Shown here: piece by piece, positions 50,807-64,000 of the stretch
Numbering within the stretch: the stretch's first letter is position 1
Layout: each line of letters begins with the position of its first letter
Assembly: GCA_965287045.1 (NCBI GenBank)
Contig: OZ336905.1
Location: 12,896,001-12,960,000 of the forward strand
Reading direction: 5' to 3'
DNA: 64,000 nucleotides
Source: Carcharhinus amblyrhynchos
Lineage: Eukaryota
Made by a program: the position numbers and the translations under genes
Notes under the pieces: model-generated
The model's database searches: none
What the model saw: the letters and a program-made list of their open reading frames with translations, nothing else
What the model was told of the DNA's origin: nothing

Positions 50807-51082
50807 GGGTGCAGCATAGTGGCACAGTGGTTAGCACTGCTGCCTCACAGCACCAGGGACCCAAGTTCAATTCCAGCCTCAGGTCACTGTGTGGAGTTTG
50901 CACATTCTCCCAGCGTTTGCGTGGGTTTCCTCCCACACTCCAAAGATGTGCGGGTTAGGTGGACTGGCTGTGCTAAATTGGGCCCCTTCGTGTCAGGGGG
51001 ACAAGCGAGGGCCCGGGTGGGATTGTCGTCGGTGCAAACTCAATGGGCTGAATGGCCTCCTTCAGCACTGTAGGTATTCTAA
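50807..51082 (+). mobile_element. HE1-like V-SINE
   Basis: gtggcacagtggttagcactgctgcctcacagc head, V core, CR1-type tail. Confidence 0.88.
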
Positions 51083-51766
51083 TAATGTGATATGTTTAGT
51101 AGGACTTAACAGTATACGGTGGTTTAACTGTATTGAAATGATCCTATGTTGGATCAGAGCAATACTATTTCTCAACCTTAAATTTGAGCTGAATTGCGTT
51201 CTCCATTACTATCCACATGTTCATTTCAATAAAGCTCAAGCTCATCAATAAAAATAAAAGAAACATTTCGCCAAAGTATTTTACTTCTCCAAGATGGTGA
51301 AGTTCAGAAATCAGCCTGACAACAGTACTCAATAGCTAGGTTGTCTGAAGGCAGAACACATTGGGACAGAAACTGAACTCACATTGAAGTACTGTCCATT
51401 TGAAATTGCCAATACACAAAAACTTGCCAGTTCTCTTATCAAACATCTGGCTAACAAAAGATTTGCACCCTAGATTTGTCTTGTCCATATTAGTATACAG
51501 ACACTGTGATGTTGACGTAGATTCAGTGGCCAAATCTCCATATTCAGAATTGCTGCCCAGCTCACTTCACTAGTGTCCCATCGCGAAGTTGGAATCAAGA
51601 TGCAAGCGCAGACCACAATTTTTCATAAACATTAATGACTTATTTTCGCAAGTACCCTGCAATTTATGAAGCACTCTCATATCCATACATGTTCGTTCAC
51701 TCACACGCAGCATTAAATAAGCATGAGGAAGGAGGAAATGGAGGGTTGCATTACTAGCTAAATGGG

Positions 51767-52107
51767 AGAAGTCTCACAACACCAGGTTAAAGTCCAACAG
51801 GCTTACTTGGTGTCATGACCTTTCAGAGCGCTGCTCCTTCATCAGATGAGTGGAGAGTTGGGTTCACAAACAGGGCATGAACAGACAAAGACTCAATTGC
51901 AAGATAATGGCCTGTGGCTTCCAACCATTATCTTGCAATTGAGTCTTTGTCTATATATGCCCTATTTGTGGACCCAATTTCTCCACTCACCTGAAGCAGC
52001 AGCACTCTGAAAGCTCGTGACACCAAATTAAACCTGTTGGGCTTTAACCTGGTGTTGTGAGACTTCTTACTGTGCCCACCCCAGTTCAACACTGGCTCTC
52101 CACATCA
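51767..52107. mobile_element. Palindromic Penelope-like element (inverted terminal repeats)
   Basis: About 144-bp arms (51767-51910 / 51925-52067) around a 14-nt loop; hammerhead-like CTGATGA...GAAA core. Confidence 0.75.
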
Positions 52108-53253
52108 ATAACTAGATGAGGAAAGGTGGGAGGAGGCTCAAATGGAGCACAGATGACTGATTAGAGTGTGCAAATACAGTTGCAGACCAAACAGTTCAGG
52201 ATAAAGTTCAGTTGGGTAACAGTGCAACAAGAGGTTAAACTGTGTTCAATGCCATCAAATTAAAACTCACCCTACATTACTCAGTCTAACACCTCCCAAT
52301 CCTATCCCAATAAGCACCTATTGACATTCCCTACCTCAAAGGTCTGTGGCTACCATCTAATCCTCACCCTGACTTGTTTTACCTGTCTACCCTATCTTAG
52401 TTCCCTCTCACATATATCTTAGTTCACCTATACCTTTCCTTTCACATCATCACCTCCTGACACACCTCCCCATTTCCCATCCTTTTGGCCTCAATCTTCA
52501 CCTTCGAATCAACACGTTCCTTTCACCAACCTCACATTTTATCCTCCCACCTTCTAACCCTACTTGGTACAAAAAATTAAAATTGAGCTCGACTGCTAGG
52601 ACACAAAAGCCATGAGATAGATTAGTATTAAATATAGATGGCGATGCAAACCCATCTGGATGTACATAACTCAAACTGGTAACAGAACAAATGATTCGGT
52701 CAAGTTGTGTTTTTTTAAAAAAGAAACTGTCTCCCCCACCCTTCCATCTTCAAAAATACTCCAGCTGAGATATGGTTCTACATCAACTGCTCACCTTCCA
52801 TACCTGCTTAAATAATTACATCTAGAAAGCTTTGCAGGGGATGGAAGATAACCCAGCTAAACACTAAACCTAACCCTCCCATCCAACATCTGCACTCATG
52901 CACTTGCTAATAAGAGTCAAATGAACAGCAACCAAAGAATCTTGGTTGATTTTCACCTTACTGCACGCAGGATTGCCTCGACCAGTCACAGGTACCTGAC
53001 ACCACTTCCTCCAAGATCAAGCCAATTGTGCCAGGGGTCAAACTTGGGTCCTTTTGTACAGCTTAGTTCAGCATCAAACACAGCATCTACCCACAGCTAA
53101 TGAAGAACCAGATTCTCACTTTAGATATATAAAAAAAACACACACAAATCTGGAGGAAGAAAAAATTGATGCAAGTATTCGCAATCCCTATTTAGTAGAA
53201 CAGTAAGAATTACATCTTTAATACTGAAGACTATTTAAAGCATGTGTAAGTAC

Positions 53254-53416
53254 CTATCTCCACTGCTTTATCAATATGTTCTGGACACAGAAGGGTCAAG
53301 GATTTCATTGACTGAAAGGATCCAGATGCTGCTGCGCAGGGAAAGTGGTACGATCTTAAACATCCCTCCATCTGGCACTGGATGGTAGCGCCCAACCGTT
53401 TACAATACTCACATTT
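53254..53416 (-). CDS. KMT2D: KMT2D exon (163 nt), ePHD: KCEYCKRLGATIQC...YHFPCAAASGSFQSMKSLTLLCPEHIDKAVEI
   Basis: PHD Cys/His pattern; tttcacag / gtactt splice sites; phase 0 to 1. Confidence 0.96.
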
Positions 53417-54412
53417 CTGTGAAATAAAATATAAATATTACTCTTAAAATGTTATGCATTGCTATAAATTATTTTCAGCTCAACATTTAGAAAAACAAAA
53501 CCAGGCAGACGTGCAGAGCAATGACAACTAAATTATTAGAGTATGGGTACATTTACACAACTGCAGCTTTCATGAGAAAATGGCAGTCTTAGTAGTTTGG
53601 CAGCAAAGTCAAATTACAACACTTTTAATACACCATCATTCAAGCTTGCTGTAGTGCACAATTAAGCAATGGACAATGTTACACATCAATAGTCCACTGC
53701 TTCTTACTGTTACCCTTACGCAATAAAGATTTCATTTCAGATAGCAAAGTTGCCTGACTGCTATACAACCCACACTTTGGGAACAGGATTTTAAAAAAAT
53801 ATGGAGTCTGTCTTCCATATCTGCTTAAAGTGGAGAAGTGTCAGCTTCAACCGTTTACTCACCCACAAAACTAAACTGCTCTTAGGATGAAGGAAAAACA
53901 AAAGCAAAACTTTTTGCAGCCCCATTATTGCAACTTATGGAGTGAAAGATGATCAAAGTTACTCCAATTACCTCTGGGCCTCCCTTGACGATCTGGGAAT
54001 TGGGTGCTGTTTACCAAACTGGAATTTAATGCCATGCTCCTGCTCCAGCAAACCTACACTCGTGTGGCAAAGGGTCATCCCAGTTTCCACAAAGCAAGTT
54101 GAAATATCAAAAAAGAACAGCTGACACAACAGCTTCTCCTCTCAAAAATTACCATGCCTCCACTAGTCAATGGTCAATAGCTAACACAATTAAATGCGGT
54201 AAACAGCAGAAACAGATTTGTGCCCCAGTAATATTTAGCATACTTGAGGGTGCCCCTTGAGCAAGTTATCAGTTAGGACTGCGATCTTCAAAAATTCAGC
54301 AAATAATCTTATAGGGAAATTAATGTTTTGTTAACCAGCCCTCGCAAAGAGTTTAAAAGGATGGACTACATATTACTCAAAGAACTCAAAGTAATGAAAT
54401 TTTCTCTCTTAC

Positions 54413-54522
54413 CTGTGAGATACCTGAGATTACAGCTTTGTCCACATTAACCAGTTTTTGCCCCTCGCCCTGTTCAACACCAGCTGACCAGGCTGCACAC
54501 CAATGATGAGCCCAGAAATGTC
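54413..54522 (-). CDS. KMT2D: KMT2D exon (110 nt), ePHD: GHFWAHHWCAAWSAGV...VDKAVISGISQ
   Basis: WAHHWCAAWSAGV and SGISQ match KMT2D; canonical splice sites; phase 1 to 0. Confidence 0.96.
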
Positions 54523-55741
54523 CTGTGGATAAACATATTTAAGATCAGAAACAAAACCTGTTTGTGGGTCAGTGTAAACTTGATACTTTGCTTGAGGTTC
54601 CCGATGTTTCTGATTTTGTAATTGTAATGACAATGACAGTCAGAATTCATCAACATTACAGCTGTGAAACCCCAAGCAACTTCTAGTACCCGCACATGTG
54701 CGGATAAACGCAAGGACCTAAAAGTTACTGGCAGTGATTCCCACTCCTCCACACAATGTGCTGTTGAAGGTGAAAAGATGGACATCACATGAATTGAAGT
54801 GAACTTTCACTTTTTTGTGTACAGTCATATCAAACCCTCAAAAGGAATTACACATTAAATGAATGAGATTAACTGGTTTTCAAACAGCGTACCAAGTTCA
54901 TAATTACTGCTGATCATCATCTCTGGGCCAGAAAAACTTTCATATTTGTGGAATGTCAACTTTCTCCTTTATGATTTCTCCTTTTGCACTGCTTTTACAG
55001 AAGGTTAAATTCACAATACTTAAGTTTCTACTTTATTCCCATGTCCAAGTCTACTCCACTCTCTACAAAATGGTTAAAAAATGAAAGATAAACAGTACAT
55101 TTTAATTCTTAAAATGTGAAGATTCTTCAGTTTGATTGATTACTTGGCCTGCTTGACAACATCACTGCTGCTAGACTTCGCAGCCTATAGTTGGTGCCAG
55201 AATCAAATTAATGATGGGGAAGGTGAAATTCACCAAACAGAGATCACTCAATCTTTATGGACAGCTTTTGGACTTGTTGATCCATTATCAAATTTAAATT
55301 TTGATAATATTTTTGGGAGAATAAAAGCACCAATGGAAGATCTGGTTACATATTATACTGCTTAGAGAAATAGCCAAATGTGATTTCCAGTGTGTGTCAT
55401 TCTAGATGGTTGCAGTGATTAGGCTGAACTGAGTTATGCAGAAAATATTAGTTCTGTTCAGTGCAGCAAATTAACTTCTCAAAAACTAAACAGACGTTTA
55501 ATTGAAAAAAAGACAATGAACTACCTGTTTTGGACGCACCAATTTTTAAAAAAATACTATGGAGAGAAAAAGGACATCATTGCTTTTTTTCAACTTTTTG
55601 TATGTCAGCATCAGACCACGCATCCGATTAGATCATTAAGTCGGATGTAGGGCAACGGTCCTGACACAATAATGTACCTCAAGCCAAATCTCACAAAGCG
55701 TTCTTGGTCCATGAGCATGACATTTCATTTTTGCCATTTGG

Positions 55742-56014
55742 TGTTATAATGTAACCCATGGTAACATGCTGAGGGTCAGCTGACCAGTGGGCGATGCAAC
55801 CAATGGCACAATGATATGGTGATCAGCTGACCACGTATAAATAAAAAGCAGATAGGAATGGTTGGGAGCTTGTATGGCCCAGGATGTGGCCCCAAGTGTT
55901 AAGAGTATTGCAATTTTATTAAACCTTTCTCTTTGATTTACTTTCTGAAGTTAGTTCTTTTATTGCTTACAACTGAAGTCTCCTCAGATGAACATTTGGT
56001 TCAGAATTATGGAT
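55742..56014 (+). mobile_element. Gypsy-like 5' LTR plus PBS
   Basis: TGTTATA...AACA boundaries, CCAAT (about 55800), TATAAA (55836), ATTAAA, followed by tggttcagaattatggat resembling a Gypsy PBS. Confidence 0.6.
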
Positions 56015-56379
56015 ATTTTTATCCTGAGAACTCATTGGTACCAGTTTTTGTGCCAGTTAAAACTCATCCAACTGGGGCCCTGTGGAAGGAGAAGACTTTT
56101 CTCTTGTCTGGTGAACTTGAAACCCAAGTCATGGGGCAGAACATTACATTACAGGTACATTTATAAGTGAGCACAATTCGTAGACTGTGCTTTTACTATG
56201 GCTTTGACCCAACACATCCTACATGATTGCACTTCAAAAGGTCAGCTGAACAACATTAGTCAAGACTACTCAGGAGATCATTTGTATACAAGAATAAAAT
56301 TTGAAATGTTTGCACTGTCATGACTATTTTTGGTAGCTGCATAGCAGTTTCCCCTAACATAAAAGGGAGAAAGAAATAC

Positions 56380-56790
56380 CTGCATTTAGCGCCTGATCTC
56401 ATACATCTCAAAGCATTTCAATTAAATTCATTACTTTGAAGTGCAGCAAATTATGTAGCAAATGCGACAGCCATTTTGCGCACAGCAACATCCTTGAAAT
56501 AGCAATGAGATGACTGGCCAGTTATCAATGTTTTGGTGGTGCTGGTTGAGGGAACAATGTTGGCCAAACATCAGGAAGAACCGATTGCTCTTCAAAGAGT
56601 GGGAGATGATCTTTAAGTAAGCTGAACCATTGGACAAGGCTTATGTCTCATTCAAAAGACAATGGAGCACTCCCTCAGTAGTGTGCTACCACATCACTCT
56701 AGATTATGAGCTCAAGTTTTGAAGTGAACTTCAAACCAAACAAAAGATTCTGACTCAGGAAAGAATGAATTACCAACTGAGCCAGGCTGA
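56380..56790 (-). mobile_element. Deu-domain SINE, old
   Basis: Reverse-complement similarity to 38440-38820. Confidence 0.6.
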
Positions 56791-57798
56791 CAAATTGTCA
56801 CATACTGTAAAGAGGTATGCTGTTGGATCACACACCAGAAGGTATTGTGATGCCCAAGTGGATAAATGCACCACAATGATGTGTTACAGAGCCAGAGACA
56901 AGGAATTCTCACATTTGACATTTAGTCTACAAGAAGTTATCCAAATACAGCCAGTGCTACTGGTCAGGAGCAATGAAAAAGGTAAGAAGCAGGAGAAACT
57001 AGATATCAAACTTGATTTTTTTTGCTGAGGGAAGGAAAAGAGGAGGAAAGGGGAAAAATACAATCACCAGCAATTCTGCTCCTGATCACCATAATAACTT
57101 GGATGGAAAGTGCACCTGCGGACGCAAGGTGACAAGAGCACCTGGTTCAGCTGCCAAGACAATTCAGACTTCTTGTCACAAAATATTTATGAAAAGGTAA
57201 CTTGGAAATGTTACTTCAACTGTGCAGTGTAGTGTGATTTTATATACTCAGACTATAGAAAAAGACAATAATGTCAGAACTATAGTTTGTTTGAGGCCTT
57301 ACAAAATCATTTCTTTTCCTCTCAAATATATATTCTTCTTCTTGTCCAGTTAAGACGAGATCATACTTGGTTGGCATTATACCAGCATGAACTTTTCTTT
57401 AAATTAATTAAATCTGCACAAGTACATAGTGACAATGATCTGTCAAGGGCTTCATAGGCATATGTAATTCCCCAGACTGAAGCATTCAAGTCCACAGTAA
57501 AAGGGTATCATACAATGACACTGTCATTACTGCAGAATCATTCTGGACTACTCAAAAGATTCCATTATTCAAATCATTAAAAAGTAACAGATTTAACAGG
57601 ATTGAAAAACTAAAATTTTAATGAATCCAAACTGTAATCTTTTAAACATAAATTTATTGGGAAAGTAATGTTAATAACAATTTTATAAAGAATCTTCAGC
57701 ATACAACAAATTTAATACAGAAATGATGCCCCTGAAATCCAGGAGAACAGTTTGGGGAAATGTTGGACTCTAAACAAGAAAGTAAACAGTTTTTTCAC

Positions 57799-58049
57799 CT
57801 GTAGACTCAAAAACAGCCATTGTTGTTGCACTTTGCTCAAAGCCAACTCGCACGAGCTCATCTGAGAGCCCCTCCACCCCTGAAACACTCCGGTGACTCG
57901 ATGCTGGACTGGCTTCCCTCGCCATTCTGTTAGTCCCTCCATTTCCAAGTTCATCCAACATAACCGATGGATCAAATTGTTTCAGCTCTCTTTGTCCATG
58001 TAAACTCTGCTCTCCACAGTTACAAAACACGCACAGCTTCTGTTCCAAG
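57799..58049 (-). CDS. KMT2D: KMT2D exon (251 nt), start of extended PHD1: SLEQKLCVFCNCGEQSLHGQRELKQF...FESTG
   Basis: CNCGExSLHGQREL is KMT2D-like (KMT2C has CYCGEKSSLGQGDL); ttgttcag acceptor, CAG|gtgaa donor. Confidence 0.93.
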
Positions 58050-59161
58050 CTGAACAAAATGATGATACAAAACATTAGTTCCCTTCATAACTGATCTTTC
58101 AAATTACATTTTCAATAAAAGCCATTATCTTTATTATTTCTTCTGCTTACATTCATTAATTTATACTAATCTTTAAAGTAGCTACCCAGAGATTGATACA
58201 CCATTACCAGCCACAAGCTCAGAAAAGTATTTGGATTTTAACTATTTTTCTGTAGTAATGCAAGTTGACAACAGCAAAGTTGTTGCTCACTCAAACTAAA
58301 ACTAAACCACCAGAATGAGGAAAAATTTGCATAAATGAAAAGTAATGTTGGTTACAGGTCTGAATTAAAAGTGTTTACTTGATTCAGGCGAATCTTTAGT
58401 GCTATGTTAAAAAGGATTCATTATAAACCACAACCTTGATAGAATTCAGATCAGCCCTGTCCTCCCACAATATGTAATACAGGACTTAACAGTTTGGAAT
58501 GATTAAATCATGGTACATACTATCTTTGTCACTAGTTTCTTGCTACCATCAATTTCCTTTTTAGCTCTACTGTACTTCGATGCCGGCTCCTTCTTCCAGC
58601 TCACCTTTCCACCATCACGATACTCAATCTTTTTCCATTTATGAAGGGAAACTGCAGAAAAGTACTTTCTCACTTGGGTCGCAGTCTTTCACAGACTGAT
58701 ACTGGAGGTTCAACTTGTTGCGACACACTAATGGGACTCAAATTCATGCTAAGTTCCGGGTTTCATCTGTGTGAGCGAGAGAGATACTAACAGAGCCAAG
58801 AGCTTCCTCAATTACCTAATAGCTGGTTCAAAAGCAGCACAGAGACATACAAGAACACCAGAAATGTAGCAAAGGATGACTTGAAGAACACAGACCAGAG
58901 AAAAGGCAGAGATGAAACACTGCGCCTTAAGAACTGCATCATTAATTAATTAAAAGAAAGCCAAGTGAGGATAAATTTTCAGACCACTGCAGAATATCCT
59001 TCATTCTTCACCCTCAAGAAATTTATGAAATACTGCCTTTATTCATAGTTGATCAGCTAGTGCTGGATTAAAAGAGGAGGGAATTGTAGAATTTCCCCTC
59101 TTAGAAATTTCAAGGAATGCCCTCAGATCCCCAGGCATCATCTATGCATTTGCCCTCTTAC

Positions 59162-59297
59162 CTGCACTGCTCTTTGTGTTGCTCTTTCAAAGCGGGCTCT
59201 GATGTTTCTTCTTGTATTGAGCAAACATGAGATGCAGACGGATCAGCTTCTTCATCCTCTGCTAAACAACTAGTTTCAGCAGAGTCTACGTTCATAG
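59162..59297 (-). CDS. KMT2D: KMT2D exon (136 nt, about human exon 2), AMNVDSAETSCLAEDEE...KEQC
   Basis: Acceptor ttttctgttgcag, donor AG|gtaag; open frame with phase 2 exit matching the next exon. Confidence 0.75.
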
Positions 59298-59879
59298 CTG
59301 CAACAGAAAATAAAACTGCTCTAAATATTAATCCAAAATGCATTATAAACTAACATCATTTCAGAAATACCTTTTGCAAACTTGTTACCAACTTTTCATG
59401 AGCTTTACTGTTAAACTACAAACAAGTTAATTTCATTACCCATGGGTTTAAAGCTTTTTAATCACTAAGTGAACATATCATACAGGTGAGTGTGGATGCT
59501 ACCAACACCAGGAATATACATACAGGCCTGATTCTGGGATCATTTTTCATTTCTTTTAAAATCAGTAACAAACATGCCAAGTTGAACAGGATGTTTAGAA
59601 TAAGAATTCTAAGAATCATAAAAAAAGCTAAAAACGCATCGCAGATCAAAATGAGAATAAAGATGCAGGAATGGGATTTTTACATAGCCACCAAACTAGA
59701 TTCTCAGAAGACCAACCACATCCTAGCATTCTTACTCACACGTTGGAATTCTACATAGGGTTGCATTATAACCTGCTACCCAGATGGCTCAATGGGCAAA
59801 AATATAAGCAAGACTTATGAGTTGGTTCTGGTCCGGTTCTGCCACTGCAGCAGGTCAAGTGTGACAAACAGCCTCAACA

Positions 59880-61210
59880 TTCTGGGATGAAGAGAGTGAG
59901 GTGGGGATGGGAGGTAGAATCATCCGAGATACCACTCCCAACAGCTACTCAACATGCTGGACTATGTCTGTGTGTACGTGAGCACTTTAACATGGTGGAA
60001 ATGACTGCATGCACCTATCCTGACGGAAGTACAACTCAAGTCTTCTCTGGCAATCATTTGTTAACAAGCACATCTAAGAAACTCTGTGTCACTGGACATG
60101 AGTTCTGTGGGTTCTTGTGAGGCTGATGAGCCACATTTCCAACCACACACATGACAACTGTTTCCAGGTGGTGGGAATTGGTCCTTGGACTCTAGATTGC
60201 TGGTATTCAAGTTCCTTTCTCAGACTTCCGCTTGCTGCCAGGTGTTCTCAAAAATGTGTCGAAAATTCTCATCTTTAGGCTTCCGAAGGTGGCGCGTGTA
60301 CATTGGATAGGATTTTGGATTCCCGTACTGATGCCAGCCTTACTTGCGAGGTGGTTCCCCAAGTGCAGGGCAAATATTCCACATTTGGGAGGGTTTCTCC
60401 ATTGATTTTGAAGGGAGAGCGCCAGATCTTGTCTAGGGTGGGTTGGTAAAGTCTTCTTCAGGTTGAGATAGATTCTTCAGTATGCTTCCACGAATGCCTC
60501 AAGCACAGCTTTGAGATTCTCTTCTGAAAGAGCTGAGATGGCACTGCAAGTTTCACAAGTGTCAGCGTCATTTTCTTTCTGGATTTTAACCAGTTGAGGT
60601 TGAAAAGTTTTCCGTCCATCCTGGGGACGATGTCCTCTCCACAAAGAAGCTTGTTCTGGACAAGGTGAAGGAGAAGGATGTCTACAGAGACTGGGAGAAG
60701 GCAGCTCGCGAGAATTCGGGCAATGATCTTCCTGGCGATGGATGTATTTCGCATAGTTTACTTTGTCTCCTTTCTTGAAGATGGTGCTGATGACAGCATT
60801 CCTGAGGTTGGCTGGAATTTCTTCTTTATCCAAATTTTTCAGGAACAGCTGACAGAGAGGAAGTTTGAAAATCTCCACTGGAATACCGTCCACTCCTGTG
60901 GCTTTTCCATTCTTCCCATGTTTAATGGAGGCCTCAACGTCATCAATGTTTGGTGGAATTCCAAGTCATCTTTGATGTGGAGTTGGGGAATTTCCTCAAA
61001 CACGTCCTCGTCTATGACTGTATCACAGTTTAGGAGTTCTCTCCATTGAAGGCTGATGTTTTCTCTGGCTTTCAAAAGGGTTCTGCCCTTACTTCATACC
61101 AGTTTGAGACCTAGGGTGTTAGGCCAAAATATTGCCTCAGTGGTACTGAAGCAGCCCTGGGCGTTGTGCTTGTCCATGATGATTGCAGCTCATTTTGGTG
61201 ATGACGGCAT
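59880..61210 (-). mobile_element. RTE-clade LINE remnant
   Basis: ORF 60477..60893 DGIPVEIFK...EEIPANLRNAVISTIFKKGDK; GKLFNL..LK motif in 60458..60754. Confidence 0.85.
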
Positions 61211-62449
61211 GCTCATACAATTCCAAATTTTAATAACAACTCCTAGTAGGACCACCCTAACTAGACAGATCAAAAGGCAGGAAAGGGAGATTAAAGGCTT
61301 TCTGTTGACCCTCTGGTGAATCAGACTAATGTTCTGCTCATAGAAAAATGTCTTTCATTACAAAAATAAAGCAGAGACAAGTCACAGCCATGTAAATACA
61401 ACAGCAGAAAACTGTAATCAACGCAAAGCAAGGTGATATGCCACTTGGAGTCAAGTATCTTTATCTAGACAAACAGCACTAGGCACAGGAGGCCAACTAA
61501 CTAAATAAAACAATCAGCTCTTCAAGAGGCAGTGCTGGCGAAATGGGCTTAAAGGTCCCCTCTGGTGCTGCAAAAATCAGCTTATGATTCTATACTAGTA
61601 TTTGTGCTTTATTTGAACACATTTATTTAGTAAATGTTTTTGGCAATTAAAACCTAGTGTCAAAGGCTAGCACAGTATTATTTATTATGTCACCTTCTGA
61701 AGAGAAAGATCACATGCAAGCCTTAATAAAACAAGTAAATTGTGAGATCTCCAGGTATCCTGGCAAGTGAAAACACCTGTGTTATAGGGACTCATCTAGA
61801 AGTTCAGTCAGAAATGTAGAAATCAAAAAATACTTAGGCTAAATTAAAAACCCAAACAAAAGACAGGTCTTCAGGTCTCTTTCCATCGACTAACACTGAA
61901 CAATACAGAGGTGTTCTGGTTTATATACTTCGCCATTTACAAAATTATACTAAGAGAGACTTCTCTAATTTTTATCCTTGAAGTTAAGGTTATCATGTAA
62001 CCAACCACTTTTGCATATAGATTTGCATCAAGGAAAAGCTTACAAAAAACTTCAGGGATTCATAAGAAAACTGGTTGTACTTACTGTGAATTACAGCTTC
62101 GTGTGCATTTTCCACCACAGATTGTGTTGCAAAACAACTTACAAAAATGCTAATTTTAATCACTATACTTTTCCAAGTACAAAATACTCTGAAAATATCA
62201 GGCCATTACTTTGTTAATGATATCCAGCTTGTACATTTATAGCTGCTAAACTCAAATTTGACCACCTGGCCTATTAATAACAAGATATGAGCCATGTTGA
62301 CAGCACACCATTTTTGTGCTCATGCAGGAAAGTCCTGCAGCAAGTAGATTACAGACAATTTGGTCCTTCTTGCTCAAAGTTTGGCAAGTGGACATAGAAT
62401 GAGGGTGCAGTCTCGTCTTGCTCAACAATACTGTCCAATTGTTTGTAGG

Positions 62450-63300
62450 GTCTTCCGCTTAGAAAATATACCAAGATGCTTTATGGGGTGGAGTGGGATG
62501 GGGAGATTTTTATTAAAAAGAGAGTAATGTTTGCTGAACAGTGAGAGGTAATCTAAGACTTGGCTGGAAGGGCTAATTTTGAAGATGATCTGTAAATATA
62601 GAGAAAGAAAAGTAGAGGGGACCAGGGAGCTGGACCAAGGTGATGGAAGCCTCTGCCACCAATAGTGACTCGAATGGGAAGGGTGGGACTGTAGAGAACA
62701 AACAGAGAACGTACAGAAGGCCAGAATAAGATGATCTAAAGATATAGAATTGGGTGAAGGGTTGAAAGAGGATGTGGCGGTAGGTGAAATGAGACAATGG
62801 ACCAATTAGAAGTTAAGGATTAAGATGTTGTATTCAGTGTGTAAAGGGGGCAGGAGCCAGAGAGTCTAAAGGAAATTGAATATACACTTGTAATATAAAA
62901 GGGCTGTGGGAAACACAAGGGTAGTGGGACCAATTGAACAACTCTTGCACGAGTTGATCAAGGCACAATGGCCTCCTCATGTTGTAAATGCCATGTTCCT
63001 AAGGAACAGGGATAATGGGCAAGTGGGACTGGATATGAGACACCGGAAGAGAAAGACAGGAGTGTGAATAAAGGTTTAGCTGTGGTTGAAGAGGTAGTAT
63101 ATTGCAGAGGTGAAGTAAATGGTCCTGGAAATGGGCAAGATGTAGGCCACCAAGGTTTTGCAAGAACTGATTCAACCTCACCAACAGTTGCAGTGAAGGA
63201 CAAAGTTAACGACGAGGCATGGAGTGAGGTGCAGGAACCCAAAACAAGGGCCCTAGTCTTCCCAATTTTCAACTGAAGGCAAATCTAACGTCCTCAAGCT
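62450..63300 (-). mobile_element. Old L2-like LINE 3' fragment with a CR1 tail inside (about 62860-63000)
   Basis: Purine-rich plus strand with L2-like 3' end; heavily decayed. Confidence 0.55.
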
Positions 63301-63827
63301 GCAGAGAACATGATTGAAATGATCTTTTGCATGCACAAAACATTGCCAAGAAGCATTTCCTGTGCCTAGATCTACTTAGCTGTTGATCAATTTATGTATT
63401 GAGTTTGACCCTTCAATTGAACATAAACTGGCTGAGAAATGTCTTTGAAGCCTACTATAACATGCAGCTGTGTGCAGGTCGGCAAACACCATTTTGTATC
63501 ATAGAAATGATTGGCCACAAAGATAATCTTTCATGGCTATTGTTTCAGTGCATCTTCAAAAGGATACTGAATTGCATGGGTCTGCATTACCCAGACTTTC
63601 TCACAGTCAAGAGTCACTCTGATGCCAATGGCAATTAGGCGGGCTGGAAACTCAATTTACCACTGAACTGTCATGCAAGATGCAGTGAAACACATTTCAT
63701 GGATCAGTTTAATGCTGCACATTAGTACAATAGAGTGCCTTTTGTAAACTGTCTGAATAAAAACACACTAAGTTAACAGAGATTTCCTGGTGTTGGGTCA
63801 GGTTGCTGGGGCCTGCATCTCCATATA

Positions 63828-64000
63828 AGAAAACGTTCTAGTGTAAATATCTAAAGATGCAACATTACTGCAGGTTACAGAGGGACGTAGATAAGCTACA
63901 GAGCTGGGCTGAGAGGCGACAAATGGAGTTTAATGTGGAAAAGTGTGAAGTGATTCACTTTGGAAGGAGTAACAGGAATACAGAGTACTGGGCTAATGGT
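63828..64000 (+). mobile_element. CR1 RT fragment truncated by the window end
   Basis: LQRDVDKLQSWAERRQMEFNVEKCEVIHFGRSN. Confidence 0.85.

Noticed and set aside
28938-51082. tRNA-like sequences at SINE heads (about 29260, 36410, 38015, 50810)
   Set aside because: A/B-box heads run straight into V-SINE bodies, so they are not tRNA genes.
8570-59297. Calling the gene KMT2C (MLL3)
   Set aside because: Despite the extra PHD and some KMT2C-like residues, most diagnostic motifs (SLHGQREL, WAHHWCAAWSAGV, CVNSK, PGFHCEW, EQAADEGFDC, GVWLTE, LPAEGA) are KMT2D-type. A phylogeny would be the final test.
59298-64000. Search for the first coding exon and promoter of KMT2D
   Set aside because: No CpG island or convincing exon; the region is mostly RTE, L2 and CR1 relics, so the 5' end is probably beyond the window.

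Overview
Eukaryotic (vertebrate) genomic DNA, most likely a shark or other cartilaginous fish, judging from the HE1-like V-SINEs, Deu-domain SINEs and abundant CR1 LINEs. The whole window lies inside one minus-strand gene, histone H3K4 methyltransferase KMT2D (MLL4/MLL2). I resolved 23 canonical GT-AG exons from 59297 down to 8570 (4224 nt, about 1408 codons, phase-consistent at every junction). They encode the N-terminal PHD-finger clusters and acidic linkers; the first coding exon was not found, and the HMG/FYR/SET region lies beyond the low-coordinate end. Introns hold CR1, L2, RTE, Gypsy-LTR, Penelope-like and SINE relics plus a CpG-rich 29-bp minisatellite. The most interesting signal is a set of small exon-like elements in the two TE-poor introns (1-8.5 kb and 10.8-19.5 kb). 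They predict frame-preserving microexons and internal-start isoforms lacking all N-terminal PHD fingers. These isoforms are inferred from splice signals and reading-frame fit, not from transcript data. Comparisons to human KMT2C/KMT2D are from memory, not from a search.
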